This document shows, in pieces, positions 12,617 to 24,563 of a DNA stretch of 64,000 bases (position 1 is its first letter; the number at the start of each line of letters is the position of its first letter). The position numbers and the translations under genes are program-made. The stretch lies in assembly GCA_036172245.1 (NCBI GenBank), contig JAYWIR010000058.1, forward strand, positions 620,001 through 684,000. Direction: 5' to 3'. The stretch is from Raillietiella orientalis. Lineage: Eukaryota. Under the pieces are notes generated by a model. The model was not told the origin of the DNA, searched no databases, and saw nothing but the letters and a program-made list of their open reading frames with translations.

Positions 12617-15248
12617 ATGGAGACCCCGACCCTACCTCGGTCCCGTGGCTCCTCCTCGCGGTTCAAGGTACGTGAGCACCCCGCTCTTCCCTGGGGTCTC
12701 CCCTCTCTTCTGCTCTACTCGCTTCCCCAGGGAGGGCGAGGGAAGAGTCCCGCGGGGAAAACCACACAAAGCCACCCCTCATTTCGGGATCCCAGGAAGG
12801 AAGGGAGGAGGAAAGGAAAGCCGGCAGCATGCATCCGAGATCGCCTTTCCGTTTCTCCCCTACTCCAGAGCACTCCGGTAACCGGATAGGGTTCAGTTTT
12901 TCCCCTCTCCCCTTCCCCGCGCCCCTGACTCCGAGGTAAAGAAGGCTGGGAGTTGACGGCGAGTATAGGGTGAGATTTGTCCCTTTCTCCTTGTGTCCCC
13001 CTCCCTCCGACAAGGTGTCTCGCATCCCCACCTTCCTGCCCTGTCTCCCTTCATCTGGTCTCCGGGAGACGGAGAGGCTTTTTCCCCGAGGAGCGGGACG
13101 GAGGTTGCAAAAAGATTCCCGGGTTCTGGACCGCAAATATATGACAAAAACGGGGGAGGTGACGTCTCTCCACGAGCTCCTTCGACTTGGAGTGTTCCCA
13201 TCTCCCGCTCGCTCGCGCACTGTCCGCTCGTGGAGAGGGAGGAGGGAGGAGAGCCCTCCCGCCCCACTCTCCTCTTCCAGGTTGTGCTTTCCCTGCTTGT
13301 CTTCCAGAGAGCCAGAGCCTGGACCTGCCTATGGCTAGTGCTGTCGTCCGTTGTTGCCTCAGAGAACTCCCACGGTGACCCGGTGAACAGCTCAGAAGGA
13401 ACCGGCGCCGTGCTTCCGCCGGAGGAAGGAGAAGGTGATCTCCTCCCTTCCCTGGAATCCGACAGGCAGGAGCGAGGATTCTGGGACTTTTTCAAGAGGA
13501 GGAGTGGCAAGAGGCCCCTTAACCTACCCCTGCGCGACAGGCCCGTCCGACTGCTGTCTGAGGATTTTCCAGTGGGCGGCAAGGGCGGGTCTTTCCTCCC
13601 TCCCTCGCTTTTCCTGCTGCCCCCCTCGAGAACGCGCTCTTCTCCTCCCCTTCTGCAAGCCACAGGCTGGTGGGGAGCTGCCGAGGCGGCCCCGAGCAGC
13701 AGCGAGAGGAGGGGTCCGTTTCTCCCCCTCTCCAATACGAACCCCGAGAAAGAAAAGGGCTGGAACTTCCCCCACTGGGGTCTCTGGAACTCCCATTCTG
13801 GAAAGCCGGACCCAGCGGATCCTCCTGCAGGACGACAGCCTGCACAGTTCCTGGAAAGGCAGCAACAGCAGTCATTCTTCCCGGAGGCCTTCCTGCGGCC
13901 CCCCGCAGGAGCTGCCGACGAGGTCGTCTTCTCCAACAGCCTTGGCGACGACTATCGTGGTTCCGGTCCCATCCTCCTCCCTCCCGGCCCTCCAAAGGAC
14001 GACCTGCCTGACGACAGAGCCACTCCTGCTCTGGTAGTCCCCCACCTCCCGTCTCTTGCCGACCCTTTCATAGTTCTCCCTCCCCCAAAACTGCACCGGA
14101 CCCCTGAAGGGGAGCACGGTTCCGGAACCAAAGGGCAAGATGCAGAGGCCTTTTCGAAGCTGCGACCTCAGCCTCCGCCGCTGAACAAGAGTGGGGAGGT
14201 GGACCCTCTTCAGAGAAGTCAAGGGGTGAGGAATGGCGCCAGAGGCGACGACGGGGACGAGGACGAGCTGCCCGCGGCGGCATCCTCGGTGCTTCCCCTG
14301 CGACCTGCAGCGCCCGAGGAGGGCCCGCAGGCACCCGCGTTCCCGGCACTGACGCCCTCCTTCGGGAGCAAGCAGTTCCCGTTCCCATTTGCCCAGCAGC
14401 TGCCCGCCGGGATTATCTCCCTGATCGCCCCTCCAGCATTTGCCTTGCCCTACCCGGCAGCGTTCCTGGGCACCGGAGAGAACGGGACGTCCTCACCGTC
14501 GTTCCTGCCCCACGCCACTTCCTTTGGGGCCTTCCACCCGTTCCCCCTCGTGGTGAGCTCCGGGAGTCCGGAGCTTTCCAGGGCGGCGGGCCTCAGGGCG
14601 GATGAAGGCCTGAAGCTCCGAGAAGAGGCTCCGTTTTCCGTATCCAGACCTGGAGGCAACAGCAGAGACGCCCTTCCCGGGTCGGGAGGAGGGGATCTCC
14701 TGCAGCACCTTCGGGAGGGCGGAGTGATCCCCCTGCATTTCGGCCCCCCCGTGCTTCCTGCTTTCTTCCAGCCGTTAGCCTTCCCGGCGTTTGCGGCCAC
14801 TTCCTACCTGGGGGGGCCGGCGGCTCCTGCATCGCTCCATGGAAGCGGGGGGCTGCCAGTGTACCATCCGAGCTGGGACCCAGGCAGGCCGAGCTTCTTC
14901 TTACCCGGAGGGGTTGGCAGCGGCAACCTCACTGCAGGGGTTGCGCGACAGCCGGGGTCGCGGGCCGTCCTGCAAACGGAGAACCTCTTCTTCCCGGCCC
15001 GGGGGGGCAGCTACCTCATCGCGGGAGGGGAAGATGACGACGAGCCCGTCATCGAGATCGTCGTGGAGAACTCCAACGTCACTCTGGCCCCTCCCCTCCC
15101 CATCCGATTGACCACCCCAACCCCCCCCGCGAAGGCCAAAGACGACGTCAAGGTCTTCCTGGTGAAATATAACCCCCCGGGAATCAGGGAAGGACGCAGC
15201 GCACCCCTCGTTCCGACGGAAAGGGGAGAAGGTTCCGCCAGCCTTTGA
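12617..15248 (+). CDS. Secreted Pro/Gly/Phe-rich, largely low-complexity protein (~660 aa), possibly cuticle/extracellular-matrix associated
   Basis: Longest ORF in the window (12993-15248). Model: exon1 12617-12667 (METPTLPRSRGSSSRFK, donor GTACGT) plus exon2 from acceptor cttccag at 13308 (alternative 13281, both phase 0) to TGA 15248. Hydrophobic WTCLWLVLSSVVA signal-like segment; C-terminal EPVIEIVVENSNVTL...DDVKVFLVKY motif; AATAAA at 15523-15528. Exon1 is inferred. Confidence 0.7.
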
Positions 15249-17442
15249 TTTCCGCCGCCACGTTCCCCCCTACATGCTCTCGGAAGCAGGACAGACCCCC
15301 CTTCAAGGGATACGCACGCCTTCCTTCACAGATGGCCCCTCTTCCCCTCCCTCTTTTCCTAGAGCTTCCGTTGAGGACACTCTCCCCGGGAGAGTCCCTC
15401 CTTCTTACCCCTCTTCTCTGCCCTCCCGCCACGAGCGCGCCTGCTTCTCCTTCCTCCGTCCTCCAAACCGGGCCGAAAAGGGCCGTTTCAAGGGGACGCC
15501 AAACCACCACACTTCTTGCACGAATAAAAAGAGACCTGCAATGGGGAAAAAGGTCTTGGCAGGGAGAGAGGAGCAGCTCCCCAAAGTCCAGAGAGGCTGC
15601 GGGTAAGGGAGAAGGAGGAAGAAGAGGGGTGCGGCCATGGGAAGGTTAAGGGCAGGGTTGAGGGAGAAAGCTCCCCGGAGGAGGACGGGGAGCCGAGGGG
15701 AGGAGTCGCGCGTATCCCTTCTTCCCTAGGTTCAGATGCGTGAAGAAGAGGTGGGGAAGGGGAGGCAGCTCGGGGAGGATGTGGAGGGAGGGATCCTCCA
15801 CACAGTCTCGAACGACTCCCTTCTCTACCTCTTCCACTCCCTAGACAGGGAAAAAAGGGGGAGGGGAAGAGGAAGGCGATTCACGCTTTCTGGAGTCGCT
15901 CCACGCCCTGCCAGTCGTACCGGAAGTTCTCGCCGAACCCTTCCCCCTCCCTTCTTCTCCTCCAGCTCCCTGCCAAAAACAAGGGAAGGGAGGGAGGAGG
16001 AGGAACTCAAAGGTTCCGGGAAGGAATCGACGATCCGCCCCATCCCATTCAACATCCTCAGATCCGAGAGGCCGGGAGGATCCAGAGAGGAAAGCAGGGG
16101 GCACGACGGTCCCCAGCTCCCGGGAAGCACCCCACTTGCTTGTCTATGAGTGGAGAAGAGGGCTGCATCCTGCGGGACTCTGATCCTCCCCTCTCGCTTC
16201 TGAAACTAGGCGGAAGAAAATGCGGGAGAAGAATCCCACGAGAGCAGAGGTTGTGAGGAAGAAAAGGCTCAAGAGAAAGGGCGTCGGTAAGAAGGTGCAA
16301 GGTGGCTCTTGCCTGCCCGGTCTCTTCCCTCCTCTCCTGTGTCCCCGAGGGCAAATTCCCCATGAAAAGGATGTAACCTCTGGAGAGTGGGAGGGGGAAC
16401 CAGACAGGAGACAGCTGCCAGAAGGGGGCGCACCTTCCTCTGACGCGAAGGTGGCGGTCAGAATATAGGAAGGACACAAACCTTCCACCACCATCACCAC
16501 CGGGATCTCCTCTGGAGGCGCTCTCTTTGGACAGGAAACCGCGGGACCGGGAGGGAGGGAGATTGAGGGCTTTCCCGAAATGCAGGGAGGAGGGTGGGGA
16601 GGCAGGACTAGGGCCAGGGAAACACGCGTAGAAGAGGGAAACCCCGCGCGGCAGCACCGGACAGGGAGGAGCATCCGAGGTTGCTCACTGCGGGTCAGCG
16701 ACTCTCGTCTTCAATTTGTCTGAGTTGGCAGTCAGAGTCTCCCCTCATCCCGAACCAGCGCCGCCGAAAGGTCTGCGCCTCGGCATGGCTCGGAGACCGA
16801 GGGAAGGAGGAAGGGAACAGACTATTCGCCGGTTGCCTCGGAAAGGGCTCCACCCCGCTGAGCGGGGGGAGTCTGCTGAGCAGTCTGAGGCAGAGGACGT
16901 TGCCGTCTGCCTCAAGCGAGCTGACTCTTCCCCTCATCCCTATCCCAATGGAATGCGCCTCTCGTGCCTCCCAACGAGACAGAGAAGGTCAACAGACAGA
17001 GAAGGAAACATAACGGTCCCAAACGGGAGTGCTCTAGTCTCTACCCTCCATTTCTCATCATTACCGTCGTCTCCTCTGCTTCCTTCCCCTCCTTCGTCCT
17101 CAGCTGCCGCGGGAGGGCGCTTTCGGCATCACCGCACGCGGAGGCTCGAAAACGGCCTAACTCGGAGCCGAGGGGGATACATGAGGACGGGGAAGGGGGA
17201 GGGATGTCGGCAGCTTCAATGGGAGAAAAGGAAAGATCGATAGGGAAGCCAGGAATATCGGCGGCACCAGCCTCTGGCTAGGGGAAAGAGTAGAGTCTTG
17301 TGCCTTCCTTCCTCCTAGGAGACCTCACAGATCTCCTCCGGCTGTCTCCGTCTCCTCCCGGTTCTACATGCTCGAGAGCCTCGTGTGACCCCAATGACCA
17401 CATCCTACCGCGAGCAGAACTCGCCCGCTCAAGCCTGAACTG

Positions 17443-18255
17443 CGGAGAAAAAGTGGGGTGTACAGAGGGAGGTATTGCGAACGACATGGGGGCGATCGCC
17501 CTCCTGTCGGGAGGCCGTGAAGCCGATGGAAGACCACCCGTTGACTAATTCCAGGAGGATTTGGACGTTCAGACTGTCACGAGATAGAAGGAGCGGGACG
17601 GTGCATGGGATGCACACCCATCCCTCGCAAATACACGGGCGGGTGCAGCTCCTCCTTCCCCTCTCGTACTTGGGATGGAGCCCCATGTGCTCGTCGCTGA
17701 CTTCGCGGCGCCGGAGGTCGGCAAGCCGCTGTCACAAGGGAAGATCCCTTGAGAGGAAGATCATTTCCTGGACAAGTCCAGCCCCTTTTTCCTTCCCGGC
17801 TTCAGAGCGAGAAGTCATCCGATTTGACCATCAACCAGGAGAACGGTCTCGAGCAGGAAACAGCCCGACCACCCAGTTCCTCCAGGATGCTTGCTCCTCT
17901 GCCTACTACTCCGATCCACCTCGTTCTGGACAGCCCAGAGTCTTCGCCGCGTCCTGAAGGACCCTTAGACGCCCGCGGCGATTTCGTCCGCCCACCGGCA
18001 GCATGCAAGGGAGCTACAGGACTTCTCTGACCGAGTCCTTCATTCGAGATCCCCAATCCCTTCTTCCGCCTGCCAGCGGCTCCATCCTTGCTTTATACGC
18101 AGGAACGGTTCCTCCTCCCTCTTCTCGCTCTGTCCCGGACATGTCCGGGCAGTACCTGATGGGTTCCAGATGCAGCTTCCGGATGCTTCCCCGGTGTCGG
18201 TCTGTTGGTCACGCCGTCACTCCCTCCAGGGACAGACGAGCAGAATCAGGATGCG
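17443..18255 (+). repeat. ~810-bp repeat, copy 1 (inverted relative to 50692-51505)
   Basis: The reverse complement matches 50692-51505 almost base for base; ORF translations are near-identical (17475-17957+ vs 50991-51488-; 18003-18287+ vs 50661-50945-). Confidence 0.95.
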
Positions 18256-19019
18256 CGCGCTCGAGGAAAGAGCGCCTTTGGTGGTAGTGCGAGGAAGAAG
18301 AAGAACTCAAAGGGATTCAGAGAACGGAGCTCCTGGGCTCAAAAATGACTGCGATGTGTCTAGGAAGATAGGATGGGAAGTGGAGAAGTCCGATAGTGCT
18401 GGAATCTATTCAGATGCGTCCCAGGTGACAGCTCCTTCCAGAGACGAATCCTCAGCATCCATCAACCCTCACCTGTGGAAAAGCGTGGGGCTCTGCGAGG
18501 TCTCTACGCGGCGATCGGGAGGACTCGTCCTTCCTTCCCTTATTGTTGTCGTTGAGAGTGAGAGTCACGGCTCAGAGGGTTTGATACTGCTGGTCCAGTT
18601 CAGTTCGGAATCATGAAGAAAACGAGCGAGCGAACCGTTCCAGGAGAAGCCGTTCTGGCTCCCGGTTGATTAGCAAGCAGTGGCTGCAGCGATGAAGATC
18701 GGAGAGGAGGATGAAAACGGTTCCATGCCAGAACCCTCTCTTTCCTCCTCTTCTTTCTTCTTCTCACCCCTCCCCCCTTTTTCTTTTTTTCCTTTCACGC
18801 TTTCGCGAAGGACACCTTAACAGGTTCCTTCATGGCATGTCGCAAGGCTCCAAGCGAGTTCGCCGCCTCCTCTGACCGCTTGGAGTGCTGCCAGGCAGGA
18901 AAGTCGGAAGGCGCCGCTTCTCTGAGTAGGCCGGGTCCCACCTCGTCCTGCTATCAGAAGTCCCAGGAGTTTTCATTTCCTGCTCCTCCTGCCGCTCCTC
19001 CCGCAGCACGGAGGCATCT

Positions 19020-19270
19020 TTCCATGTATGTATGTGTGTTCCGTGTGTATGGGTGCACGCTTCTGTGCATGTGTACCCAGATATGCACGTATGTGCGTTT
19101 ACATGATTACCTATTAATTTGTTCAAGTGCCTGCATGTACATACTTGAGTATGTGCACACACATGCAGGCGCCTTTGCAAGAGTGTATAGACTGTGTATC
19201 GAGTGTGCATTGATATATATGCATCTATATAGTGTGTGTATGTATTATATGTGTGTATGTGCATGAGTCT
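19020..19270. repeat. Degenerate alternating purine-pyrimidine (TG/TA/CA) simple repeat
   Basis: tatgtatgtgtg, gtgcacacacatgca and tagtgtgtgtatgtattatatgtgtgtatgtgc are seen directly. Confidence 0.75.
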
Positions 19271-19299
19271 GTGATAGTTCTGTTGGTTTTGTCATAGTG

Positions 19300-21300
19300 G
19301 AAGCAAGTGAAAGATGGCCGCATGGTGGCAACTGCCGCTGCCCGCGGTAGTGCCGAGGATTTTCTCTCTCTCGCTGTTTTTGTTTTTTTGGGGGCCAAGT
19401 CTGGAACGGGAAGGGAAAGAGGGCCGAAAGGAAGTGTTGTGGACACGTGGAACCCGTACTGATCGCGTGGCGGGTGCGTGAGACCGGACGCGGAAGTGGC
19501 TGATGCTGCTGCTAAATTCACGTGGTCCCATCTTTGTTTTTCTTCCGCTGGTCGTGTAAGGAGATCGGCAACTCTCAGACGATCGTCTCTTCGTGATGTG
19601 ACGCATCACATCTATCTTCGGCGTAGAGTAGCTGCGAGAGTCGGCGCGGAGTTTTCCTCCCTTTTTCCCACCCCCCTTCTGAGCTCCTTCCAGCCTTGAA
19701 GACGAGCACGTGCTCGCCCTCTTCCTGTGGGAGGTGCAACAAGGGCCACAGTAGTGCTCTTGGAGCACAGAGACACGGACCCTGCTGGTTTCGGTAACCG
19801 TAGCGAGGAAGAGGGAAGGACAGGATTGACAAACAGGGCAGTGGCTCGAGCAAAGAGTGGGATCCATCGGGAGCGAAGGCAATCAGCCCTTATGCAAAGG
19901 AACCCTTGGGCGACGAAACCTCCCACGAGGACTGACCCTTCCCTCTTTGGAGAGCAGCGACTCAACACTTTGCAAAGAGAGATGCTTGTGCTTCTCGCAC
20001 CAGTCCCGTTTTCAGTTGCTTCCTCTGCATCGTTCGCTTCCCTTCTTCGGCATCTCTTTCTCATCATCAGCTTACCCATCGCGATCGACGAAGAAAACGC
20101 GAACCGCCTGCCTTCAGGATCAGACGGAGCACAGATTTCCCAGTGGCTACATGAAGCACTGCGAAAGAGAGGGAGGGAGAAGAGAATTACGAGCGGTAGT
20201 GTTGCCAGTGGGGTGTCTGCATCGAACGAAAAGAATTCAGACTGGCTCACCCGCCGCCGCAGACATACGATGGTGCTCATCCCTCACGCACTCGGGAAAA
20301 CTACGAGTTTCGGGGAAGGAATAGGGAAGGAGACCGCTCATACCGAAACAATCTTCTTACCTCCCGGTTTGCATCCCCTGTGGAGGGCCCCAGTCTTTCC
20401 CGAGATTCCACGAAGGAACGGGGGTAGGTCCCTATCACAATCTTGCCGGACTTTCAGCCGCGGTTCTTCTCCAGTCTCTTCGGAATCGTGATGGTTTGCC
20501 GAGGGATCATGCCCATCTCAGGTTCAAAAAAGGATTTCCGAAATGACCAGAGAAAGTGCCTCTCTTTTGCGCTTTGAGGAGGACACAGTGCACCAATGAC
20601 GGTAGCAAAAGAGGGTCCCTCCAGGCAGTGCCACTCACCCGACTAAATCATCGGTGACTTACCCTCACTTCTTTACTCCCGTCTCCTCAAAGGCCTTTCT
20701 TCATTAGTACATACCTATCCCATTCTGTCATCGTGCGAAGTTTCCATGTGTGTCCCAAGGAAGAGAAATTCCTCCCTTCCCCTTCTCCCCTCTTTGTTAG
20801 AGGACATGATACCCCACCCCACCCTTCGAGAAGGATGTTACCCTGTCTCACGGACCTTACGAACATTGACACACCCAGATTTTCATCTCTGTCAGCAAAC
20901 ACTCCGCGGATAGGGAGACAAGTCCTAAATGTTACAACATTCGCTCCTGACGATTCTCCCCAGCCGCGTTCAGAAAAGGCACGGACCCACTTCGCCCTCC
21001 CGGGATTGTTGAGAACGATTGTATCTCTTACGTTCCTCCGGACCCCTCCCCTCCTTCCGATCGATCTTCTGCTACGGACAAAGGGGAAATCAGGAAGGAA
21101 GAACGGAAAAGATGTCACCCCTGCTAACGATGCCCTCTCTCAGACGATGTCGCTCTGATTCCAGAATTCGTACTTTTTGCGAGGAAGCTGTCTGCTTGCG
21201 CAGGTGGCTTCCCGGTCCAGAACAACGGCAATAACACCTCAGGGGGCATCACCACAACCAGCACGGAGAAGCTCCGGGACCTGCACGACGCGGCAGTTGC
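19300..21300 (+). mobile_element. Possible decayed LINE 5' UTR/ORF1 region
   Basis: AAGATGGCCG motif at 19311-19320, followed by broken ORFs containing RIQTGSP, similar to the VETG/KSGT ORF1-like segments at 53.9 and 59.8 kb. Weak evidence. Confidence 0.25.
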
Positions 21301-24300
21301 ATGGTAAGATCGTACCTCAGCAGGTAGAAAGGTCTTTTTTTGTCTCCGCCAGTTTCAGTGGCTTCGTCTTCGCCCTTCGACTGCATGCGGAAAGCGGCGC
21401 GCACTGGCTCCGCTTTCTAACTAGTTGGTCCAGGAAGCGATCTTATTTAAAAACAGAATCTGAGCCAGTTCAAAAGACAAGGAAATAATCATCTAAAAGA
21501 ACTATTCCAGGTGTGAACCGATAATGAATAGAAGGAAAAAGACTTTGCCGTCGTAGTTGTCTCCTGGAAACCTTGACCAGCTCCTACTGACCGCATAGAA
21601 GTCATGAGTAGGGTACTTACCTCCGAAAGAAAACTTCTGTTATTGGACGACCTGAAGTGAAACTCAGGATATGTGGGGAGGAGAGAAGGATCTGAGAATT
21701 AAAGATCTCCAGCTTCAAATCCCCGAGAGAAAAGAAAACCTATTTCGGGGGATTCGTAATGCAACAGAATGGGACTCCTTCCCCCCCCTCCCCACCCCAA
21801 AAAAAAAAACGTAAAATCAAAACAAACTAGTAGAAGTAACACTTCGTTCGCATGGTTCGACTTTATGGCAAGTCCAAAAACAACAGCAAAGCAAAGCAGC
21901 GAGTAGGCACCACAAGAAAAGTGCAGCGGTGTTCGAATGCAGGCGGTGAGGAAGAGGAGAGGTTCGCGCGCTCTTGTCCTTGCGGAGGCATTAGAAGCGA
22001 TTCTACATGTCGAGAAACGTATCTGGGCAGTGCTGCCAGAGCAGTGACTTTTCGGCAACGGCGTTTTTTCCCCTAAAGAGCAGACTCATAAAACGCGATA
22101 CGAACCAGAAAACGCACAGTTTTCTGCCCTTTCTCCAAGGACCTGCTAAGGAAGAAGATTGACAGAAGCGATAAGAACAACAATCAGCAGTGAGAGCCGC
22201 AAAGAGCCTTCGTTCCGATAGTCACAGACAAACCAAGGGAACTTGCGGGTGCAAGAACGAGTTCCACGAGTCTTGTTAATGACAGGACACTGACATCTGT
22301 ATCTTCGTCGAATGTGAGTAAATGATAGGAGCGTGGCTCCCGTTACGCTTTTATTTCCTCGTATCTTTCAGGGTCATCCGATTCGGTGGTGATGTTGAGG
22401 AGGGAGGAAAAGAATTCGACAGTGTCGCCGAAGAAACGGCTCTTAGAAACCAGCCTGCACCGATTATGTTAAATTTCGGGGCCAGCGCGAGAAAGGCCGT
22501 TATTTGTTATCGGGAAAGTGGTCCTCCTCATCAAACGTATTCGTTCGATCGTTAACTAGGAGAAGAAAGCTCCAAAACAAAAATGAGAACAATAGAGTGT
22601 CGAATGTGATGAGGCATTCAAGCCTCATCACATTCGAGATATTTGCGATAGAATCAAAGGAGGAAAACAATTTTCCACGAGGTTTGCAAAAATAGATCAT
22701 TTCATAAGTGGACCAGAGCAGTTAAACATGAGGTAAAACTGGCAGGATTCCACAAGATCATCCAGCAAATAAACCGTTCTTGTGTTCATTTAGCTTCGAT
22801 GATTCGGAAAGAGTGAATGTGAGAATAAATTGACAAGAAACATGCAGGGCAGGCATATTCCACGCGAAAACTTGTTTTTTTTTGCACAAGAAGCTACCCT
22901 GGCTGGATAGCAGATCACGCCCAGCTGGTTCAGAAACTCAAGAAAAAAATACGAATGAGCACAAACGCTAATTGCCATCGTTCAGGTATGGCCTAGTTTA
23001 GCAGATTAGATTGTTAGCAGATCTTTGGTATCTTTCAACTTCTGTAACAGCTATGCCGATAGTGTTTGAACAGAACAGAAGGTGTAAGCATCCGAATACT
23101 TAGAAATTATGAATTTCGTTTCAGGAAAAAAAACGAAAACTGGATGTGTATGTATGTATGTATATATTCTATAGATTATAATATATATAATACATAATCT
23201 TAGCTGATGAAATTTCAGCAAATAGGATTACGAAAATATGAACAGCACAGTTTCGGTCCTGAATTTGTTTTCCGAGTGTTAAAATGAAAAAAAAAAACAG
23301 CAAATTTATCCTTGCTGAACAGTTTTCAAGGAATCTAAATTGTTTCCGTGCCCGCACTTTTCGTGCTTTTTGATTCGTGTGCCAATTACACATATTGCGA
23401 TAGGCAAGCAAACATGCTCTACAAAGTTGAAAAACCGCTTATCAATTTATATCCTGTATTGATAAAGTGAACATTTTTTAAAAAAATTTTGAGGTATAGA
23501 AGTGATGAAGATGAGATTCGACGCGAGATGTCATCAGCAATGGTTAATTTTTGAAGGGGAATCAACAGATATGGAGAAGGGAACCGCTGATGGCAAACAT
23601 GCATTCTCTACACTGTGATATTAAACACTCTTACTGTACAAACAAGTAGAGCAATTGGATGTGAACATTGATAATCGAAACATGATGAGATATGTCTTTG
23701 GGACAGTAAATCTTTTGTACAAGAACTGGAATTGCAATCTAGATTGTTATTAGAATTGATAGAAAGGAGCTTTTTATTCTATAGGAAAAAAATTTCCTGG
23801 AAGCTCTTTTGCACTTTTGATAAGGAATTCAGCTTACTTTAACCCAATGATCCTAACAAATATTAGTGCATTCGGGGTGCATTTTTGTTCATTCTCGGTT
23901 CATTCAAGCAACAAGATGAATTTGTATTCATCCGTATTGGTTTAGCAGTAACGGAAGAAATTATATATATTTTGTTGTCTTTACTTTTACTTCATATAAC
24001 TTCCTTCTAAATGCTACTTATAGTTAATATTCTCGTCTATATATTCCTTGTATATTCTTAGTAACCTCCCTCCTCCCTCTTCCCGACATGAAATTCTTAT
24101 TGATATGACTGCATACATACGTCATGGTTTAATGTATGATTGCCTTCACCATGAGTTTCAGAAATCTGAAATCGTGAATGATCGTAATCCGTTATCTGAG
24201 GAGAATTTCCTTACAATGTTACATATGTGTTGTCTCCGTAGATATTTGTGGCATTGATTACTTAAACCGACACCTTCTCCAATGAAAAATTCATTAAAAT

Positions 24301-24563
24301 CATAAACGAATTGCTCTGATTAAGATATCAGTTTTTCGACTTTTTCTAGTGACACTCATCAAAGTGACACTTAATTTTCTTTGTTATTCACAAGTACCTG
24401 ATAGTGCATTTTTTAAAGTCAGATTTCTTGAACTGATTACACGATTTACATTCAAAAAGAGAATTTTCGAATCCAAAATTGTTTTTGTCTTCCTAAACAA
24501 GTTTTGAAAAGTACCTGTCGGTATTCGTAGACGCCTTGTTAATTGCGATCAACTTGGCGTGGA

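Noticed and set aside
12893..13936. 347-aa minus-strand ORF
   Set aside because: Antisense shadow of the GC-rich plus-strand gene, with no recognisable motifs.
18830..19266. 144-aa Cys/Tyr/His/Thr-rich ORFs on both strands
   Set aside because: By-product of the TG/CA simple repeat.
22955..22985. ATGAGCACA...TCAG|GTATGG as an alternative GPx4 first exon
   Set aside because: The phase 1 donor is incompatible with the phase 0 acceptor at 26557.
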